From contig NC_134842.1 of NCBI RefSeq assembly GCF_965363235.1, forward strand, positions 20,157,521 through 20,221,520: a stretch of 64,000 nt of DNA. The letters run 5' to 3'. The DNA is from Mytilus galloprovincialis. Lineage: Eukaryota. A program made the position numbers and the translations under genes. The notes beneath the pieces are model-generated. The model was not told where the DNA came from, did no database searches, and was given only the letters and a program-made list of their open reading frames with translations. Below are positions 48,203 through 59,960 of this stretch, in pieces; the first letter of the stretch is position 1; each line of letters begins with the position of its first letter.

Positions 48203-49474
48203 CTATAATACAGTCACAGTGACCTCAATTAATGATAGCAACAATATAATTAATGAACTTGGTGGCCTTCAGCTATTATCTACTCTATGGTCGGGTTGTT
48301 GTCTCTTTGGCATATTCCCCATTTCCATTCTCAATTTTTATTATTTTATCATTACTCAAATTACCTTTTCATCTTTTAAAATAGCAGATAAAACTACTGT
48401 GGATTCATCATCAATCATGGGAGACCAATAGACAACTTTCGAGTTCGGTGCATTTCCGTCAAAAACTCTGGTTTTAGTGAATGTCATTTGTGCGTTTAGG
48501 GGCGTCGTCACTTCCATTCCAATGTTGAGCGAGTGGTTGGAAAACTATAATTCTATATTGTACGAATTATTCGGCAAATTGAATTCTCAAAATTGACAAT
48601 CAGCATTGCTGTCATTAGGGAATTGTCATAATGTACCTACAGAACAACCATTATTTCTAGTTTATCCTGCACAATGACGATCACTAAGACGCTTGATGAA
48701 CGTAAATAGTGCAGGGATACAGGCGACCCCTTCTATCTGGTAAATGACGTCATAAAGGCGCGTATAATTGACGAGTTTTTGCCGGTGACGGATGAACTCG
48801 AAAGTGGTCTATTTTCATGGATTAAATCAGTAAAGAGGAACCTTAACATATTTAAATGTTTAAGGAATTGCAAATTTTCCCTAGGCAAACTTGTGCAAAT
48901 CCAAAAAATAAGTTATCCTTGAAATGTTAATATCCCTCAATCAGGAAAAATTGTTCCCCACAAAAAATGAATGAGATCCATAGTACAATTATTGGATGTT
49001 ATGATCATGTTTTTTGGCATTAAATGAAAAGGGAAAACAGAATGATCACTATGATAACTAAGTTTCTGTATTTATTGGATTCTGGATATTCATCCAGATG
49101 TTGGATATTTTGGATAAAATTGGTAAATTCATAAATTAATGCAATGTTTTTATCATTGTGAAAAATGTCAAAGGGCTATAATTGCAATAATGTCAACTCG
49201 CATTTTGGAAAAAAAAAATTAAGAATTAAACAGGACTTTTTACAATATTGCAAAAGTTGCGATCACATTTTAGTCTAGAAGGACAATTTCACAATAATAA
49301 ATGCCTGCAATAATTTCTGAATTTAAAGTATGTTTCAATTGTTTGGATTCTACAAATTCCATTTATTTTACAAATTGTATTTAATACAGATATTTTCATA
49401 TAAATATTGACTGTAAAGTTCATTTGACTAGTTTTATATTCTAAATTTCTAATTCTAGGCTAAACAAAGTTTAC

Positions 49475-49612
49475 CTTAGATAGCTTAGTAAGCTGGGGAG
49501 GAGAAGATAACTCATTCTCTGCATTTTTAAGTGCATCAGACCAGATCAGTTCTACCAGCTGTCCAACAGGTTCAGATATCTCTATTGATGTGTTACATAG
49601 TTCTGATAATAT
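49475..49612 (-). CDS. PARP4-like exon encoding ILSELCNTSIEISEPVGQLVELIWSDALKNAENELSSPPQLTKLSK.
   Basis: Acceptor is cttttcag and donor is AAG|GTAAAC. It matches the recalled human LLLEEVMNSSTLSQEVSDLVEMIWAEALGHLEHMLLKPVNRISLNDVSK. Confidence 0.7.
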
Positions 49613-50008
49613 CTGAAAAGATAAAAACTAGAGGTAAAATTTGATAATTTCTTGAACAATAATATTGAAAAATGACTTTATCAGAGCTACTTCCCATTAT
49701 ATTGCAAAGTTAGAAAAATGAATTAGACATAAAGAAATATTTTATTAAAATTTTGTTATTTGTAAAAACTGTCTATTTAATATAATAGATTACTTATTAT
49801 TTTCTATGTATAAAAGAAGTCATATGCATGAACTGCCATCCTAGGTATCAAATAGTGCATATATAAATCAACACACAAGGTTATCATTAAATGTAATTGA
49901 TTATGTCCATTTGCTACTCATATTTTATTAAAAAAAGGAGTTTATTTCAATAGTAAACAAAATACCATTCTGGCTCTTGGTGACCCTAATTTATTACTGG
50001 AAAATGCA

Positions 50009-50128
50009 GGCTGTACCCATGGTAACATGCTGTATGGTGCTGTAGTGTACCGTTGATATAGCAGTTCATACCCACTCAATCCTTCTGCTGCTGTGTCTAA
50101 ATACCAAACGCTAGGATCTGACGTACTA
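50009..50128 (-). CDS. PARP4-like candidate exon encoding NIVSTSDPSVWYLDTAAEGLSGYELLYQRYTTAPYSMLPW. The donor TGG|GTACAG was chosen because it is the only frame-compatible one.
   Basis: Acceptor is ctcttttcag. It is a 40-codon open frame that is phase-consistent with both neighbours. Homology to the recalled human sequence is weak. Confidence 0.45.
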
Positions 50129-50899
50129 ACTATGTTCTGAAAAGAGAAAAACTAAAACTAATACCAAAGAGCTTCAGTATTCAATGGTGACATTCTGCTG
50201 TTGTCTGTTATATGGTCAGGTTGTTGTCTCTTTGACACATTCCCCATTTCCATTCTCAATTTTAATGTTTCTTTAGCTGATACCTAAAAATTATGTTTCA
50301 ATGTGGAAAAATGTAAAATAATAATTTTGACCTGAAAAGATTTTTTTGGACAATATGCGTGTTCCGGATATAGTTTTTAGTAAAATATGTCATGTGAGTT
50401 TCATCATCATGTGTGCAAATTGTAGGCATCCTCACTTCAAACACATGTTGAGCAAACAGCTGAAAAAGTTTGATTTTACACTGCATAAAATATTTGGGCA
50501 ATTATAATCTAATATTAAAGGTGGCCATCCTCCCTCAGTCATACGGGAATCAAGATTATGTACTTATGGAACATAAATTATTTCTTTTCTACCCTATAGA
50601 AGTGCTGGAAACTTTTAATAGAGCAGAGATACAGGCGAGCCTTCTATCTGGTAAATGACGTCATAAAAGCATGCAAAATTGACATTCTTTTTTTTGTAAA
50701 GACATTATTCCAGAAATGACATATGGATTAATTTTATTCAAAACAATCTATTTTTAGATGTTTTTTTGTTTTTTTAACAATGGATTAATGTTATTCAAAA
50801 CAATCTATTTCTCAATGTATCTTTTTTTTTGGACAGCTTCATTATGGATTAATGATATTCAAAATAGTCAACTATCAAACCTCAAAATTGACCTCTCAC

Positions 50900-50995
50900 C
50901 TTCTGCTCATCAATAGATCCTGCCTGACTGTGAAGTCTAAACACATCTTCGTCAGTTAATACATGGATCTCCATTATCTGTACTTTGTTTTTGTT
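50900..50995 (-). CDS. PARP4-like candidate exon encoding NKNKVQIMEIHVLTDEDVFRLHSQAGSIDEQK.
   Basis: Acceptor is gtctttacag and donor is AAG|GTGAGA. Both sites are strong and the phase is consistent with the neighbours. Confidence 0.5.
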
Positions 50996-51432
50996 CTGTA
51001 AAGACAATGCATTAATTATAATCGACTTCATTAATTTATATAACCCCATTCTTCTACTTTTTTTTTAAATTAATAGTTTATAAATCAGTAAATTTGCTTT
51101 ATGTAAATTTAGTTTTACTTTTTTCCTCAACTTTCTCAGTGATGTGTTGGTTGTACATTATGTCATTCAAACTTGTCATTTGTTAAAAGTAATATTAAAA
51201 TCACTGTGATTGATAATCAAATTAAACTTCATGTAAAATCCTCAATATTTTTCAACTTTGAGTATGCTATAATTCTAACTTAAAAAAACTTTAAACCACC
51301 CTTAGCCTACTGTACATTAGATAATAGCAATAAAAACTTGATTTCATAATTAAATATATTGAACATTTATTTATTTGACTAAATAATTGCCATTTTAGAC
51401 ATATAAAGTAAGCAATGTATACTAGTACATAC

Positions 51433-51578
51433 CTTTAGTAAAGTCCATTTAGCAAGGACATAAGGAATATCTGGATCATAAGGAGCCCCTGGATCTGTAT
51501 ATGTCCAACATTTCGTGTTATTCAGGTTAACTTGTATCTTTTTCTTTTTTCTTTTGATCAAACCTTGTGGATTTTTAC
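51433..51578 (-). CDS. PARP4-like candidate exon encoding (G)KNPQGLIKRKKKKIQVNLNNTKCWTYTDPGAPYDPDIPYVLAKWTLLK. The acceptor gactttcag is weak.
   Basis: Donor is AAAG|GTATGT. Its phase-1 start matches the phase-1 end of the upstream exon, giving ...KGKIVGKNPQ... Confidence 0.4.
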
Positions 51579-52032
51579 CTGAAAGTCATTTTTAATTTTA
51601 GTAATCAGATATAAATATTTGCAAAAAAATCTTTTGACTTATAAAATGACAGCATTCATCATTAGAACAGGAATAAGGTAATGTGCAAGTGCAACTGTTG
51701 GGAAAAAGGTTTTGAGTTCATTAGTATATTGATTTTTTTCTACTAACAGTTAAATCATGAGGACTTCATCCTCCAATCAATGTATATGTATTAAAAAGAT
51801 TATTATTACGTCATTACTTAAACATGCTAAACCGTTAGTATTGAGACAAAAATACACAGATTTAACCTCAGACAGCTTACAGTTCTCAAGCTGTATCTTA
51901 TTTGAAATTCATTTTAACAAAACTGAATTGCCTTCATGGCCTTATAACATTTCTCATGCTTGATTTATTTTCATAATAACAGAACAACACAACCATCCTA
52001 CATCAATATAATTTCCAATGCCTTCAACATAC

Positions 52033-52231
52033 CAACTATCTTTCCTTTCTTGAAGTTATCATTCTCTGGTAGTCCACTGACTATATATTTAATTTTTGTA
52101 AGAATTTTATTCTGTGACAGGCAGTTATCAACATACAGGCTCTGAACCAAGGGAATGTGATATTTCTGACATTGTCGAATCTTGTAACTTGACTTCTCAA
52201 CTATGTCTTCAAACACAACAACAAATGATAC
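52033..52231 (-). CDS. PARP4-like BRCT-domain exon encoding VSFVVVFEDIVEKSSYKIRQCQKYHIPLVQSLYVDNCLSQNKILTKIKYIVSGLPENDNFKKGKIV(G).
   Basis: Acceptor is aatattttag and donor is GTTG|GTATGT. It matches the recalled human CTHIILDNADVLSQYQLNSIQKNHVHIANPDFIWKSIREK. Confidence 0.55.
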
Positions 52232-52500
52232 CTAAAATATAAACAACAGATCTTAAAATAGAGGGTTGCCACACTAATACTACATGATTGTTTAAAAACC
52301 TTTATTTCTCCTTAAGTTCTGATTATAGTATGATAGTTGATGGGTGTTACATGATCTTTGCAAATTACAAGGCAATAATTTTGATAGCATTATATGAATG
52401 CAAATTTTTGATGGTCGTATAAAAACAACTTTTTTTAAATATTATGTTTAACAAAGTGATTTGAAATACAGAAAACACAATTATTCAAGTTTATTCTAAC

Positions 52501-52638
52501 CTTTTTAGTTACAATATATGACAGAGTTCCTCCATTTGAAGTAATTTTCTTCTTCCAAGACATTTTCTCCTTGAATGACATTGAAGATGGCAGTTGTAAC
52601 ACTACTGTATTGTTATGGAACAAACCTAACTCTCCCAT
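52501..52638 (-). CDS. PARP4-like first coding exon. The ATG at 52636-52638 sits in a Kozak-like context (caagccATGGga). It encodes MGELGLFHNNTVVLQLPSSMSFKEKMSWKKKITSNGGTLSYIVTKK. An acceptor atatttgcag at about 52663 suggests a spliced 5'UTR.
   Basis: Donor is AAAAAG|GTTAGA. It matches the recalled human N-terminus MVMGIFANCIFCLKVKYLPQQQKKKLQTDIKENGGKFSFSL. Confidence 0.55.
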
Positions 52639-53424
52639 GGCTTGATTTTCAGATTTACACACCTGCAAATATGATGAAAACAGTGGAATGCAATGATGAC
52701 CATAGAATCAATCCTTATCAAAATGTTGTCCTTTCTAGATTACATTTTGACCAGGAGCTCAACTGAATGCTATTGTTTAGACAAACAAACAAAACAAACA
52801 GCAATTATTTACTTATTTCAATTTTGAAAGGGAAAAAAATTATCGGTACTGGTTTTTTTCAACAATCAAGCAGATTTGTACCATTGGAACAGTAAAAGTG
52901 AAAATTAAAAAAATCAAATCTAATTGTCTTGAATGGTAAAAAAAACCATTCCATTAAAATGTAAATCAATTTCAAAAAGAGGTAATCCATTTATTATTAG
53001 AAAACAAAACAAATTGCAATGTTACAACTCTGAATGTCTGAAACAGTAAAAGTGAAAACAACAAAAAATCAAACTTAACATGGTTTTCATGGCTTTAGTA
53101 GCCATATCATTCCATTCAAATTTCAATATATATATTTCAAAAAGCATTTATCTTTTGATCATCTGGAATCCAAGAGTGTGACAGACTGACAAGATAAATT
53201 CAGTCTATCAAGGTCATAAAATCAAAATGTCTAACAATTAACAATTAAAACATGATATATATCTGTATATATAAAAAAGTAAAAAGATGTGGTATGATTA
53301 TTAATCAGACAGCTCTCCACAAGGGACCAAATGACACAGAACTTTACATGATGGTAGGTCACTGTATGGCCTTCAGCAATGAGCAAAACCCATACCGCAT
53401 AGTCAGCTATAAAAGTTATTTTCT

Positions 53425-54235
53425 ATTCATGCTATCATCAGTCAGGGAACTTACTGAAATAAGTGATTTTTAAATCACTTATTTAAGTAGCAAATTCAAA
53501 GTTTTGTCACAAATTGGGATTTTGTAGTTTTTTCAAAATTTTAAACACATAGGTTTAAATAATATCTTTTAATTAGTAAAATTGAAAAAAAATGAACTTT
53601 TTGCTTCTTTTAAGTAGCAAGGTTTATGCCTTTGATGCTATCATTTAGCTGAAAATTCTATTTTAGTTGAAAAAATGCTATAATAATGGCTTTACATAAT
53701 GAACTGATACTTTCTTAACAGATTTTTCCCAGCAGTGGGAGTATTTTTCCTGTAAAGTTCAAGGTTTCATCTTTCAGATTATGTAATAAAATTCTACTGT
53801 TCGCGATAAAAATTTCAATGTTCGGGGGTGTTGAAATTAGTGGGGGTTATTAAAATAATGATACTTAAATAAGTGATTTTTGGGAAGGAAATTGAGGTAT
53901 GATACTTAAACAAGTGATTTTTATGTCATTATCCTAGATTCAATACAAGGTCATCACCTGAAATGACCTGGTCATCCTATATATATAGCTAGACAACACA
54001 GATGTTGGTTCTGATAAGTTTAGAAACATAATTAGTCCCTGGATCATTTGTATTCTATATTTAAAGCTACAATAAGATTAAATCACTTCTAGTGATTAAT
54101 TTGTACTACTTAAATAGGTGATTATTAAAGAAAGACAACTCTTACTTGCAACTTTTATGGAAATAATGTTACTTAAACCAGTGATTTAGAAAATCACTCA
54201 TTTAAGTAAGTCCCCTGACTGATCATGGCTATTGG
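53425..54235. mobile_element. About 810 bp element with roughly 45-bp terminal inverted repeats (tgctatcatcagtcagggaacttactgaaataagtgattt ... aaatcactcatttaagtaagtcccctgactgatcatggctattgg). Internal short inverted subrepeats are cttaaataagtgatt / aatcacttatttaag.
   Basis: Direct comparison of the two ends. No ORF longer than 90 aa lies inside. Confidence 0.55.
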
Positions 54236-57200
54236 AATAGCATTTTTATTCTTTATTAAACAAGTGCACTGCATACTTTTTTTCGCACTCACATACAGAA
54301 ATAATTTTTTGAAAACTAAATGCCAATTTCCAATACACATTTTTGTACAATGTAGATTGTCATGATTGTATTTGTTTTCCCCCTCATTTTCAATGGAAAC
54401 ACACAATTTATTTTGAAAAAAGTCTGCCACCAAACCCATCCCTACCACAACCCACATAAATATACATATCTAGACAATCATTTAATTTTGATTCCATGGC
54501 GCCCCTTCCCAAGACATCAAGGTTCTTGATGAACATTCACAACCCACTAAAATTATACTAAACTTACAGTAAAAATATTCTGTTGACACGAATGACAGCA
54601 TACAGCAGTATTTCTCAACTATTCTGTCAAACCATGACGTTAAATTTTTAGGTGTCTCTAACTTATAAAGACTTTCAAATACATATTTTACAAGTTTTTT
54701 GCTGTTCGCAAAAAAATGTTTGTTTATTTTTATACCAGGAAGTAATTGAAAAGCTGTAAATTTACATCAAATACGGACTGATACAAATCCGGACCATTGA
54801 TTACTTCAGTTATTAGCTTTCATAAAAGCGTGTCTTACTTTAGCATTTATAAAATCAAATGTCAGTAGTCGAAGCGTGTTAGATTCTTCTACTAGACATA
54901 AATATCATATTGAAATTTCGAGAAGCAAAATAAAAAGATGCTGGCCTCAACCTGAGACTACTAGTGCTATACTGTTATAGAAGTCTCAGCCTCAACAAAA
55001 GCAAATTGACTTCACCTTAGTTTAAAATTATGCAACTTAGATTTGCCGCAAGCTTGCGGCAATTGTTTGTTACAAACTTGCGGCAAACTTGCAAAAACTA
55101 CACGTATACCAATGTCATGTGTGTAGACACATTCGATTTATTTTTTTCAAATTACACAGCAACATTTTTAAAAAGTCATTTCCTGTCTGTATGCAAACAG
55201 TTTTTGAACAAATTCTTGCAAACTTATGAGATTTAAGGAAATACATACATGCATTTGAGTTTTGAAAAAGGGGCAGGGGTCATTCTCAAATGACATCACT
55301 ATGCCTGTATTAAGAAATTGAAAAAGATAAATCTCAAATGTGTATTGAGTATAAAGCTAGGTATAATAATTGCATTACAGAATTGAACTTAATTTTAATA
55401 AACATGGTACAGTACATCAGTTACTAAATTCAAACTTATAATAGCTAAAGTTTTTCAAACACACATGCATGTATATGGTCGGGTTGTTGTCTCTTTGGCA
55501 CATTCCCCATTTCCATTCTCAATCAGTTTATAATATAGTTGCTTATATACTTAATTATGTATGATGATGACATTAATATTTTTTTAAAACATGCAGTTCT
55601 ATGAACTATTTGTACTTACAAAATTACATACGGAATATCCTATATTATTGAACCAAAATGCCTCCTAAGTGATCTCTTATTTGTGAAATGCATTTTCAAA
55701 ACACAACCAACATGACCTAGCCACAATTTCAAATTGTTAGCTTCCAGAAAGTGCCAACTAGGCATGCCCAGTCAATGTTGTGTAATTCTGGCAATGTTTT
55801 GGCAAATTAACATATAAAATGGTCAAAGTTTTCTGCAATCTTGCGGCAAACAGATAGAATGGTCAACTGTCATATTCCTGACTGAAAAGGCGTGAACTAT
55901 ACAGTATAACTTAATAAGTTTTTAGTGGTTGGTGGTCGCAGAAAACGTTGCATATGTTGTACATGTTGTATCAAACTTGTTATTAAAGTCCCTGCCATTT
56001 TGACCAAGGTACATAGCTAGGTTAAACTAGATAATTAAACCAAAGGCTTGACAAAGGGGTTAAAATATAACTTTAGGACGAAAAATAACCTACACACTTA
56101 TACACAATAAATAATAAGGGCGATGCCACTGATATGTCATTTAATTTTGTTAGTCTCTGGTTGAGAGTTGTCTCATTGGCAATAACGCCACATCTTCTTG
56201 TTTAAATACAGTTACTTTGTTTTTAAAACTGAGATTACTATATTTTAAGGATCCTAGGTAAATGATATTTTACCAAAATTTAAACAACAGAATCCTGACC
56301 GAGTTTGATACCTCCAAATGCACAATTAGACCTGTCTCGCTGCATTAGATTGGTTTTGAGTTGTGACTGTTTTAAAAAATGAATGTTGTTTATACTTACT
56401 TAGTAACTATCATTATTGTTATAATTTTAAATTTTAAATGTATGATATTTTTATTTTCGATTATTGCGTTTTATTTTGCAATATACATATTGTATAGTGT
56501 TCAGACGCTTGACGCTATTCATGGGTAATTAAACTATTGCGTTTTACAATTTTATATTTGTTATGATGTTTGGAAGTGCGTAACTAAAGCAAGGCGTTTC
56601 TTTTTTTCATGTCAGACATTGTTAAATTTGTGAAACTGCTGAGTCACTGACACATATCGTTTGAGGATCACATCAGCTATGATAACTGTTTGACTTATTT
56701 CATTAAAGCTTAAAATGAAATGGAGATTTCAGATCCCAAGATGGCACTTTGTTTAGTTCGTCTAAGAAGATTGACGTCTATTACTTTTACTTTTAGCGTC
56801 AGTGACTAAAATCATTACCATTAATTGCTTTTCAATCCATATTTAGCAATAAGCTTAAACGTCTGTTTATATTTAGGAAATGACAAGTGCTTCCCGAAAT
56901 TGACCGGTATAAACGAACAACGACTTTATAATATAATTGAAAGTTGAGTAAGTTTTACTTTCTGTTTCATGTAAAATTCAGTTCACATAATAATATTGAT
57001 TGGAGACCTTTGAACAATACGTTAACGTTACTCCTCCTAATTGTATTGTATCACTGTCATGCGCTAAACACCACTATTAAAAAAACCTAATAAAAATAGA
57101 AAAAGAATGCACATAGTATAGTACATCAGACATTGGTTAGTTGTATTTCATTATTATGATTTAAAAACTAAACCATCCTGAGTGTTAGTAGTAGATTGGT

Positions 57201-57774
57201 CAGTTTGTCCATTTGTGTAATGCTCCAACGGGGAACTAAAACAATACCTTTCATACAAATCTCGTTTTACTGTACACTCTATCATAATTTGATAGTTATT
57301 TGCCATCTAACTGTTCAGGATGAGATATAAACCCATAAGATTGCCTCCATTGTAAATATATTAAGAGACTTAGCTTGAATGTAGACTAGTGTAAAGTTAT
57401 TAGCTCCTTGGATGGCTTCCAATCTTAATATACCGGTATCAACGCTTTAAATGTCTTGCAGTGAACATATATACATTATTTAGATGATCTGCAGTGCAAA
57501 GATACAATTTAAACCGCTTAGATTACATCCAGTGTAAATGTTTATATGAACCTTTAATTTGACCTGCACTGTAAATAGATTCTATCTAAATCAAGCCATG
57601 ATTTGTTTAAATGTGAAATGTTGGTCCAAAACGGCAAAAACTGAAAACGCATTGCATTTTTACAACAGTCTTATCAAACACAATTATCTAATATCTTGGA
57701 TCCTCAATGCTCTTCAACTTTGTTCTTGTTTGGCTTTATAAATATTTTGATATGAGCGTCACTGATGAGTCTTA

Positions 57775-57912
57775 TGAAGACATGAATTCCCGAGGTCCCG
57801 AATGTAAAGAAATTTAAATCCCGACATCCCGAAATTTCGAAAAAAGATTTTCCGGATCCCGAATAAGACCAATCCCGAAATCCCGAGCTTAAAAACACCC
57901 GATCCCGACGTT
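57775..57912. repeat. Cluster of nine TCCCGA hexamers (tcccgag, tcccgaa, tcccgac variants) at 10-17 bp spacing.
   Basis: Sequence is gaattcccgaggtcccgaatgtaaagaaatttaaatcccgacatcccgaaatttcgaaaaaagattttccggatcccgaataagaccaatcccgaaatcccgagcttaaaaacacccgatcccgacg. Confidence 0.8.
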
Positions 57913-58917
57913 CTGAAAAAGGTCCTGTCTCCCTCTATAATAGGTAATAGGTGGTCAATACAATATTCCCAGGGTTTTTATTTTCTATCAAGAGTTTTGT
58001 GAACAGCTTTTTGTCTTTCTTATTTTCTAATTGGGACATGGTTTTATCTGTTTGATTTCACTTATGGATTTCGGTACTTTGCAGCCTATTATTTTTCTTT
58101 CTTTGATATCGGATTAGAATAGACAAGATATAAATTATCATGAACATACTCTACCAAAAAATGCTATAAACAAACCAATAAAAATCTGTGCATATCTTAT
58201 GATGATCATTCGTGTAGTTATTAATTCACATAAAAAGACACACGAACGCTAAACTTAATTTTGAGGTGGTACATTTTTGCAGCTGACTACATCATTATTT
58301 ATTTTCGGCAGTTCCTGATGTAAAAACAAATATAAGCAAAAGCTTTGAAATTATTTGAAAATTGCTTCCGAGTTATATGTTCATTCAGAGTTAGTTTCGT
58401 CTATATACAATACATTAGTTTTTAAAAATACAGATAATTGTTGATTTAGGATTTAACAGCTAAAACTTAAGAAGAATTATATTAAATTCGATTACGATTC
58501 ATATCCAAATTTTAATCATAGCTAGCCGTTTCTCTGAAGAGTTATTACAAAATGCTGAGTCACTATAATCACAAATTATCAACAGTTTATAAATCATTTC
58601 CAATAACATCGCCGCTATAATTCTCTCAAACTGGAAAGTGGAACGTTTTGTTTTAATTCCCATGATAAAACCATGGCTGAACGGACAATTAAAACAATAT
58701 TACTCTAAGATGCACGTCAATGACTAAGAAATGTGATAAAGTATTCGTTTTTTTCTTTATAACTTTTTTAAGACTGAACTTTCTAAATATGAGCATTTTG
58801 TAGACAAAAACATCATTAAACCCATGATCTGAAAAATCATACATTGTATTTCGGAGTAAACAACGACGCCACTATATTAATGGGATGTATTTTATTGGTT
58901 TGTTATATATATATATA

Positions 58918-59232
58918 TCCGAGGGAATCACCAGCCCAGTAGTCAGCACTTCGGTGTTGACATGAATATCAATTATATGGTCATTTTTATAAATTTTCTG
59001 TTACAAGTCCTTGAACTTAAAAAAAAAAAACTATGGATTTTTTTTCCCCAGGAATAGATTACCTTATAACCATATTAATTTGGCAGGACTTTTTGGAATT
59101 TTGGGTCATTAAAACTCTTCAACTTTGTACTTGTTTTGCTTTATAACTTTTTTGTTCTGAGCTTCACTGATAAGTCTTATGTAGACGAAACGCGCGTCTG
59201 GCGTATTAAATTTAAACTATTTATACATTAAA
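58918..59232 (+). repeat. Left arm of a long inverted repeat (about 315 bp, about 85% identity to the right arm at 63290-63600). A partial third copy lies at 57696-57790.
   Basis: Left arm is ccgagggaatcaccagcccagtagtcagcacttcggtgttgacatgaatatcaattatatggtcat...ggaattttgggtcattaaaactcttcaactttgtacttg...gacgaaacgcgcgtctggcgta. The right arm is its reverse complement. Confidence 0.75.
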
Positions 59233-59639
59233 TTTCGTTTGTATATTCAGCAATAACTAAACGAATCCGTTCTTCCATTCTCAGTATATCAATATAAAAA
59301 AACGCTCCTCCTTGGGAAGAGGCTTTGAAAAAAGAAGTAACATTTAAGGTCCTATCGAAAGGCTGAATTTGAAATTCACTGGTAACACTAGTTTACTGAT
59401 GTTCTAAATTTGTAAATCCATTTGGAACATATCAAACCAGGAACGCCCAAAGATGAATATTTTAAAGAAAAGGATGTATAAGAACCAAAACAATTAAAGA
59501 GCTATATAAACATAAAGATTCTTAAAAAAAACAATTCCATCTTAGGTCAAATTTGCCTGAGGTTGTTGAAACCTTAGTTTCTAACAATTTGAAACGGACA
59601 ATTTTAGAAAAGTTTGTTACAAATCATGTCAAGTCCAAA

Positions 59640-59960
59640 TAGTGAAATAGTAATCAATCCTTCGTAAATTTTACGGATTCCGTTATGAGTTGGTTAACCG
59701 GTACAGGTACCTGTAGGATTCCGTTATGACTTGGTTAACCGGTACAGGTACAGGATTCCGTTATGAGTTGGTTAACCGGTACAGGTACCTGTAGGATTCC
59801 GTTATGACTTGGTTAACCGGTACAGGTACAGGATTCCGTTATGAGTTGGTTAACCGGTACAGGTACAGGATTCCGTTATGACTTGGTTAACCGGTACCGG
59901 TACATGATTCCGTTATGAGTTGGTTAACCGGTACAGGTACCGGTATATATATCACGGATA
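59640..59960. repeat. Minisatellite of about 8 copies of ggattccgttatga(g/c)ttggttaaccggtacaggtac(ctgta), with a 37-41 bp period.
   Basis: Direct reading. The copies are near-identical, there are no unique spacers, and it is not CRISPR-like. Confidence 0.85.
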
